This document shows, piece by piece, positions 58,204 through 64,000 of a stretch of 64,000 nt of DNA; positions within the stretch are counted from its first letter, which is position 1; every line of letters starts with the position of its first letter. Made by a program: the position numbers and the translations under genes. The stretch is from a virus (Duplodnaviria; Heunggongvirae; Uroviricota; Caudoviricetes), in the IMG/VR virus record IMGVR_UViG_3300012007_000007, positions 35,434 to 99,433 of that record; one strand, 5' to 3'. The notes beneath the pieces were generated by a model. That model was not told where the DNA came from. It worked only from the letters and a program-made list of their open reading frames with translations, and ran no database searches.

Positions 58204-58884
58204 ATGAAGTACGAGATGATTCCATCCAAGACAGTCAAGAGGCTATGGGACGCCTTCACGGACCTGGCCATGGCCAACAACGAGCACTACATGTCCTTCC
58301 GTACCCAGAACCGGTACTGGTACACCGACCGTGACCGGCTCGTTGGCAGACTCCTCGCCAAATACACGGACAAATACATCGTCCTCATCGACAGGACCAT
58401 CCTCGGCTACACCATGGACGGCTTCCTCTCCCAGTGCGACCCGGTCTCCATCTACGACCCCCACCCGCACGAGTACCACTATGGCGGCGAGCCCCTAATC
58501 GCAACCTCCCGGAAATACCTCCACATAACCCACTTCTCCGCAGTCAATACCATGTACGGCTCCGGATACATCGCGATGGCCACCCAGGACCACCTGGGGC
58601 AATCCTTCCCGGTCCGCCTCGACTACGAATCCCTCAGGCAGCTACAGTTCCGGGAAATCACCAGGGAAGAATTCGACTCCATATCCGAACTCTTCTCCGA
58701 CGACCGGGAACCAATACCCTTCCAGGTAACCAGAATCATACCCTTCCAGGAACTCAAGGCCCGCAGACTCCTCACGAAGGCCAGGCGCTCCCGGGAGATG
58801 CTACAGGAAACAGTCACGGTCCAGGCCCGGGACCCCCGGGAGGCCTATTCACTCACCGAAAACGCAATTTCCGTGGATTTCTAA
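58204..58884 (+). CDS. hypothetical protein, likely leaderless
   Basis: ATG 4 nt after TATATTTG at 58199. Confidence 0.65.
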   Translation: MKYEMIPSKTVKRLWDAFTDLAMANNEHYMSFRTQNRYWYTDRDRLVGRLLAKYTDKYIVLIDRTILGYTMDGFLSQCDPVSIYDPHPHEYHYGGEPLIATSRKYLHITHFSAVNTMYGSGYIAMATQDHLGQSFPVRLDYESLRQLQFREITREEFDSISELFSDDREPIPFQVTRIIPFQELKARRLLTKARRSREMLQETVTVQARDPREAYSLTENAISVDF

Positions 58885-58893
58885 AAAGGAGAC

Positions 58894-59745
58894 ATGCCCA
58901 TGTCCGAAACCAAGACCACCGAAAAGGTAACCCGCCTGAACCTCAACGACACCGTGTTCTTCGAACTCAACGACGTCTCCCTCAAGCTCCTCGCACCAAC
59001 GACCGAGGAGCAGGTCCGCCTAATCCGCGACAACGTCTCAGAACATCAAGTCGACGGACAGACCCGCCACCTCGCAAAGATGCAGCTCCACGACTTCATC
59101 CGGAAGTTCTCAAAGGTCATTGGCCCGGGAAATCCCGCGCCAATCGCCGGGAACGACCTCTACGTCATAGAGAAGACCACAACCGTATCCGGCCAAATCG
59201 AACCTCCCGCAAAATCCCTCAAGGAACCAAGGGACCCCCGGGAGGTATCCCGCCAACTCGAAGAATTCCTCTCCGCCCACTACGCCAGGGAGGGACAACA
59301 GACATGGTCCTCCCGGAACCTCGCCATCTCCGACGGACTCCCCGGGATTACCGCCGACCTCTCCACGGGCGACGTCTACTACACCTACGAGGCCGCCCTC
59401 CGCATCGCATCCTACGCTCCACAAGGCTGGCGCCTCCCGTCGAAGTCCGACTGGGCCTTCCTCTTCGCCACGGCCTCCGGCCGCTTAGTTGTCCCCTACC
59501 CGGGAGAACCCCTAACCTTCCCGGGAGCTTCCCCCGTAATCCGCATGTCCGGCCTCTCCATCCACGCCACCGGGATGATGCTACCTCCCGACGACCCCTA
59601 CAGCCCGGACGTCGCGGCGTTCTGGTCATCGACACCGCATTCCGAATACCTGGCGTGGTACGCCAGCCTGGACGCATCCGACGACGCCACCATTGCCTCG
59701 ACGGGGAAATCCTGGCGCCTCCCGGTCAGACTCGTTCGCGACTAG
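58894..59745 (+). CDS. phage N-terminal domain fused to a FISUMP-like domain
   Basis: YYTYEAA, PQGWRLPSKSDW, FWSST, AWY, PVRLVRD. Confidence 0.75.
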   Translation: MPMSETKTTEKVTRLNLNDTVFFELNDVSLKLLAPTTEEQVRLIRDNVSEHQVDGQTRHLAKMQLHDFIRKFSKVIGPGNPAPIAGNDLYVIEKTTTVSGQIEPPAKSLKEPRDPREVSRQLEEFLSAHYAREGQQTWSSRNLAISDGLPGITADLSTGDVYYTYEAALRIASYAPQGWRLPSKSDWAFLFATASGRLVVPYPGEPLTFPGASPVIRMSGLSIHATGMMLPPDDPYSPDVAAFWSSTPHSEYLAWYASLDASDDATIASTGKSWRLPVRLVRD

Positions 59746-59782
59746 GCAATTCCTTACATTTTTCTTACAAGGATATCCAACC

Positions 59783-59950
59783 ATGTCCAACCCCAGCTCC
59801 CATTCCTCCCAGACCGGCTGCGGATGCACCACCATCGGAATAGTACTCGCTGTCGTCCTGTCCTACTCCCTGAACCACTCCATCCCATGGGCAATCCTCC
59901 ACGGCCTGCTCTCCTGGTTCTACGTCATATACTACGCAATCGTGCACTAG
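59783..59950 (+). CDS. small membrane protein
   Basis: NHSIPWAILHGLLSWFYVIYY. Confidence 0.65.
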   Translation: MSNPSSHSSQTGCGCTTIGIVLAVVLSYSLNHSIPWAILHGLLSWFYVIYYAIVH

Positions 59951-59972
59951 CCCTTCCCGGGAGATTCCCGCC

Positions 59973-60395
59973 ATGAACGTACGGACGGCAGCATACCTGG
60001 CAATGGCTCTCCACTTCGCCAGGAAGATTCTGCGCAGGGTCCTCTCCCCGCGCTCCCGGGAATCCCGTGCCGGGATTATCCAGGTCGACCAGCTCGTCGT
60101 CGCCGTTCCCGCGGATGTCACCCCAGGACTCGTCGTCCCCGTGGCCGTGGTCCGCTCAGGGACTCCCTGGAAGGACGCCCTGTTATTCCGGGATGCGGCC
60201 GAACGCCACCTGGACAAGTGCACCGTCAGCATCATAGACCGGGACGCCCTGGGAACCTTCTGCGCCGGGAGGAAGGCCATGAACTACAACTCCGTCCCGG
60301 AACACATGCTCTCCCGGCGACGACCGCGCGAGTTCACTGCCGAGCTGGACCGCCTCCCACCACGAACCCGGCTTTCTTACTCTTTTCTTACGTAA
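59973..60395 (+). CDS. leader-family paralog
   Basis: MNVRTAAYLAMALHFARKIL. Confidence 0.7.
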   Translation: MNVRTAAYLAMALHFARKILRRVLSPRSRESRAGIIQVDQLVVAVPADVTPGLVVPVAVVRSGTPWKDALLFRDAAERHLDKCTVSIIDRDALGTFCAGRKAMNYNSVPEHMLSRRRPREFTAELDRLPPRTRLSYSFLT

Positions 60396-60453
60396 GTACC
60401 TGCACCACGTGCCCACGTAAACTTTACCGGGAGTTTTCCATAAACTCCCAGTC

Positions 60454-60990
60454 ATGGAACCGACTCTCGCCAAATCACTCCTCCTAGGATACAAGGCATG
60501 CCTGGAAGCCCAGGATTCCCCCATCCAACTCCGGGAGATGTCCAGGGAAGAATTCGACTCCATACTCCTAAAGGCTTTCCGGGAAGAAGCCGGCTCCTTC
60601 CACCGGGATGACCCCGGGAGGTTCATCGAAGACGGACTGGAAAAGGCAGGCCATACATGGAACTCCCGCATACACGCCTATACCATAGACGGCACCCAGG
60701 GCCTCGTGACCACCAGGAACAAGGACGGCTCATCCTACATCTACCTAGTATACGTCCCGGAAGAACAGCGCGGCCAGGGCATAGGCTCGGCACTTGTCTC
60801 CAGGGCAGTCCAGGACTCCCCACAGGGAATATCCCTGCATACAGCCAAGGAAAACACCGGAGCCTACAACCTCTACCGAAGGCTGGGTTTCCGGGAATAC
60901 CCCTCGGTAGACCCGGACGAACGGTTCATGGCCACCAAACCCAATATAGGCGGGAACGAATGGTGGACAGACGAGGAGAAGGACCTATAA
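60454..60990 (+). CDS. GNAT-family acetyltransferase
   Basis: VYVPEEQRGQGIGSALV...NTGAYNLYRRLGF. Confidence 0.85.
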   Translation: MEPTLAKSLLLGYKACLEAQDSPIQLREMSREEFDSILLKAFREEAGSFHRDDPGRFIEDGLEKAGHTWNSRIHAYTIDGTQGLVTTRNKDGSSYIYLVYVPEEQRGQGIGSALVSRAVQDSPQGISLHTAKENTGAYNLYRRLGFREYPSVDPDERFMATKPNIGGNEWWTDEEKDL

Positions 60991-61899
60991 TAAGGGAAAC
61001 CTCCCGGGATATACCCCCATACCCCCCATACCCCCAAAACAAAAATCGCGAAGTACCCCAATGTGCTTTCCGGGAGAAACCCGGGGTATACCCCCAGAAA
61101 ATTTTCTATTAAACCGGTACATATGCCTTTTACAAAAAATGTAAAACTACGTACCCACTTTTTTTCTTTAATTTTCGCAACAGGGCAGCCAGCCCTCCCG
61201 TAGACTCCCATGACTTACCACGGGAGTATCCCGGGAACCGCACTGGGGAATACCGGGAGTGCCCGGGAGCACCCGGGAGGAACCATAATACCTGCACCGA
61301 ATCCACCGGGAGCACCCGGGAGGAACGGGCGTAGAGCCATTACAAATTAACGGGGCATATATGCCCTTATGGTCACTTGCCCAGAAGGTCACCCTAGTCC
61401 GGGGGTGGGCTACCGGCACTGTGGCAGTCGCTCTGAACCTCCCGGGCCAGACACGAGGCTGCCCGGTACCTCCCAGTGGTTCCTCCCGTCCTCTACCGGG
61501 CCGGGGATGGGTTCCCCGGGAACCTCCCGTAGTCTCCCTGGGTCTCCCTGGGTCTCCCGGAGTCTCCCGGCAATACCGGCGGGCCCCGGGCCAGACACGG
61601 TCCTGTTCGAAGCTTCGCCGCGTGCCCTCCCGTCCTCTAACGGGTCCGGGATGGGTTCCCGGGGGCGACTGCCGTAGGCCGTCCGGGCAGCCGGCGGGCT
61701 CCAGTGGAGTCCGCGGCGTCTCCCGTCCGCTACCGGGCGTGGGATGGGTTCCCCGGGGGAACCTCCCGGGTGGACTCCGTCGTGCCCCCTGAAGCCAGGC
61801 ACTGTCCGGCCCGAGGCATCCTCCCGGTATCTACCGGGTCGGGGATGGGTTCCCCGGGAGTACCGGGGGAGTGCCATAGCCGGGAGTGGAGGTAACTAT

Positions 61900-62109
61900 A
61901 TGAGAGAGGTAAAGGTCAGCAAGATAGAGTTGAGGGGAGTCAACCGCCCGGCGAAGCGGTCAGTCAAGGTAACCCTCACCAACGGGACGAGAATCACCAT
62001 TGTCCCCTGCTGCGAGAGCTGGGAACAGTACGGGGGGACACGGGATGAGCTGTACATCACTGTCCCGGTAGCCGAGCGGTTCAACGCCTGGCTCCACGGG
62101 GAGGGGTAG
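61900..62109 (+). CDS. hypothetical protein
   Basis: GGAGG RBS. Confidence 0.6.
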   Translation: MREVKVSKIELRGVNRPAKRSVKVTLTNGTRITIVPCCESWEQYGGTRDELYITVPVAERFNAWLHGEG

Positions 62110-62132
62110 GCGAATTTCCTTTCCTGCACGCT

Positions 62133-62156
62133 CCCCGGGGGAAACCCCGGGGTTTT
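62133..62156 (+). terminator. intrinsic terminator
   Basis: CCCCGGGG-GAAA-CCCCGGGG-TTTT. Confidence 0.6.
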
Positions 62157-62310
62157 CCCGTATCCTTCCGGTCCTGGAATGTGGAAACCGGGGGAATCCC
62201 GGCCGCGGAGGGACTGTGCACCGGTTCGCCATCTATCGGGTACGGGATGGGCTGGCGGGGGACTGCGTGTTATTTCCACCTGGACAATGTAATCTCAAAG
62301 GAGGCAATTT

Positions 62311-62643
62311 ATGAGAAACATCAGCATATTGGCAGGAATCGCACTCTTGACAGGTTCCGTAATGGCGGCAGAGCTTCCCGTCTGCGAGGAGTTCGCCGGG
62401 GAAGAGGCGGTGCACTGCGTGAGCGGGAATGACTTCGCCGTCATCACCACGAAGTCCCCCGAGGGAACCACCTACGAGTTCTTCCAGGGAAGCCGGAAGG
62501 CCTACGTTGAAGTATCCGCCGACGGGCGTCTCTACGCCAGCAGCGGCAGCAGGAGGTTGCAGGTTGCCGCCATCCCGGCCGAAGACCGCGGGGAATACGT
62601 CTGGGAAGTGGTGAAGGCCGTTACCGGGGACATCGGGTTCTAG
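62311..62643 (+). CDS. secreted hypothetical protein
   Basis: signal peptide MRNISILAGIALLTGSVMA. Confidence 0.65.
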   Translation: MRNISILAGIALLTGSVMAAELPVCEEFAGEEAVHCVSGNDFAVITTKSPEGTTYEFFQGSRKAYVEVSADGRLYASSGSRRLQVAAIPAEDRGEYVWEVVKAVTGDIGF

Positions 62644-62790
62644 TCCGGCCTCTCCCGGGAGGGTCGCCCCGGCCCTTCCCGGGATGATATAAACTGTGGT
62701 CAGTTCAACCATTATCTATCGGGCCCAGGATGGGTTCCCCGGGAGTACCGGGGGGAAGCCACCGTGGGCAGCGAAGGGAGGAAAAGATTT

Positions 62791-63049
62791 TATGGCTTGG
62801 TCAGCACCCTACCACTACGAGAAATACCTTGACAGGCTCCAGGACCCGAAGGAGCCGGAATTCGAGAAGGTGAAGCCGCTCAACACCAACGGGACGGCGT
62901 ACGTCGTCCGGGACAGGGCGAACGGGTTCATCTGCCTACAGTCCTACAGCACAATCGTGAGTTTCGTCGTCGACGGCCAGGTAATCGACCTGGGGCGCTG
63001 GAGCGTCACCACGAGCAAGCACCAGGGGCAGTTCCGCGGGGCGGTCTAG
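62791..63049 (+). CDS. hypothetical phage protein
   Basis: GGAGG RBS; LQSYSTIV...WSVTTSKH. Confidence 0.65.
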
Positions 63050-63556
63050 CGGGAAACGCATCAAGCGAAAGGAGATTTTACCATGAAGAAGCACTTCATT
63101 ACAGGCGAATTCGGCCGAACCGGCGGATATCACGGATAGGGAAACTTGATTGCCTCCTAGGGGGCTCCCGGGAAACACCCGGGAGTCCCTTTCTTGTACT
63201 CCGGGGGAAATATTATTTTTTGCCGGGAAGTGCAGGTGGAAGTTTTTTCTGTCGAATGCCATTTCCTCCCTGTGGTTTCTCCCGTATCTCCCCGGGAGTC
63301 CGGCATGTTCGACGGGAGGCGCCGCGGGTTGTGCCAGCCGTCTACCGGGTACGGGATGGGAAAACCGGGAGGTTCCCGGGAGGTTCCCTGGACTACCGGC
63401 GGGCCCGTGGCCAGACCCGGTACGGCGTGCCTGGCTTGGCGTATCTATCGGGGTGCGGATGGGATGCCCGGTAGGGGTGCGGTAGTTCCATAGTAGGTAT
63501 AGGCACGGGCGGTGTCCATCGGCCCCTGATGATGGACAAGAGCAAGGGGTTTACCT

Positions 63557-63757
63557 ATGGTAAAGACACTTGTAGTGACCATCCTGGTGGCGTTCACCAT
63601 CGGTCTGGTTGCGGAAACCGCACTGGCGGTGTGCGGTCTTGCGGGCGGAACCGCCCCCGATTTCCACACCGCCGTTGAACTCTGCGTCTGCTGGGGGGTT
63701 GTCCTCGCGGCATTCGTGGGGAGCGTAGTAAAGACGGCATTCCACCCTTGGTGGTAA
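63557..63757 (+). CDS. small membrane protein
   Basis: two hydrophobic helices. Confidence 0.55.
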   Translation: MVKTLVVTILVAFTIGLVAETALAVCGLAGGTAPDFHTAVELCVCWGVVLAAFVGSVVKTAFHPWW

Positions 63758-63775
63758 GGATTGCCCCCTAGGCAT

Positions 63776-63803
63776 AAGGGCCTCCCTCCGGGGAGGCCCT
63801 TTT
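63776..63803 (+). terminator. intrinsic terminator
   Basis: AAGGGCCTCCC-TCCG-GGGAGGCCCTT-TT. Confidence 0.7.
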
Positions 63804-64000
63804 CCTGTATCCTCCCGGGGAATCCGTCGTCAGGACTGTGGATGCCCGCGGGAGCTCCCGGCGTCTAACGGGTGCAGGATGGGGTGGCCGGGAGTTCCGG
63901 GCTGTAACCACCTGGACATTACTTCTGGTTGGTTGGACGCTCCCGGTGAATGCCGGGGGCGTCTTTTTGTTCCCCGCAGGAACCCGGGAGGTTTTATATG

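Larger units (their letters stand above)
61493..63883 (+). repeat. nine co-oriented copies of CTAHCGGG-N3-VGGATGGG
   Basis: starts at 61493, 61637, 61730, 61831, 62233, 62716, 63342, 63445, 63865. Confidence 0.85.

Noticed and set aside
58434-59843. 469-aa ORF and other long alternative-frame ORFs (e.g. 39753..40712, 1517..1903 portion, 25387..25776 extension)
   Set aside because: Pro/Arg-rich shadow frames overlapping better-supported genes in GC-rich DNA.
1-64000. Stop-codon reassignment as in some jumbo phages
   Set aside because: Recognisable genes are full length under the standard code, and TAA, TAG and TGA all end genes.
1-64000. tRNA or rRNA genes
   Set aside because: No cloverleaf with T-loop GTTCRA plus D-loop, and no rRNA signature, was recognised; a tRNAscan-SE run would settle it.

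Overview
This 64-kb window looks like the accessory (non-structural) arm of a large dsDNA phage, probably a jumbo myovirus of Fibrobacter or another FCB-group host. The evidence is dense small ATGA-coupled ORFans, two Fibrobacter major-paralogous (FISUMP) domains, about 24 copies of a TTTGCTATATTTG (TAnnTTTG-type) promoter, and a T4 gp17-like terminase ATPase paralog. Recognisable genes: four TnpB-only IS200/IS605/IS607-type elements, a radical SAM enzyme, an M29 aminopeptidase, DUF1848, a NadR-like P-loop protein fused to DUF1653, an orphan HicB, a GNAT, and a low-GC glycosyltransferase island. The most striking structure is at 26.6-31.5 kb. A promoter plus a roughly 110-nt hairpin-rich leader (present twice, with a compensatory base change) is followed by seven near-complete copies and one degenerate copy of a 35-nt CRISPR-like repeat (GGTTTAACGGGGCTCCCAAAGCGAGGAATTAAAAC). 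The repeats are separated mostly by gene-sized segments (49-1956 nt) that often start or stop mid-gene, and no cas or integrase gene is visible in the window. Other highlights: two protein families that share only an N-terminal leader; nine co-oriented copies of a 19-bp motif beside an apparent GC-skew switch at about 61.2 kb; and heavy CCCGGG iteration. All product calls come from motif recognition by eye; no database search was run.
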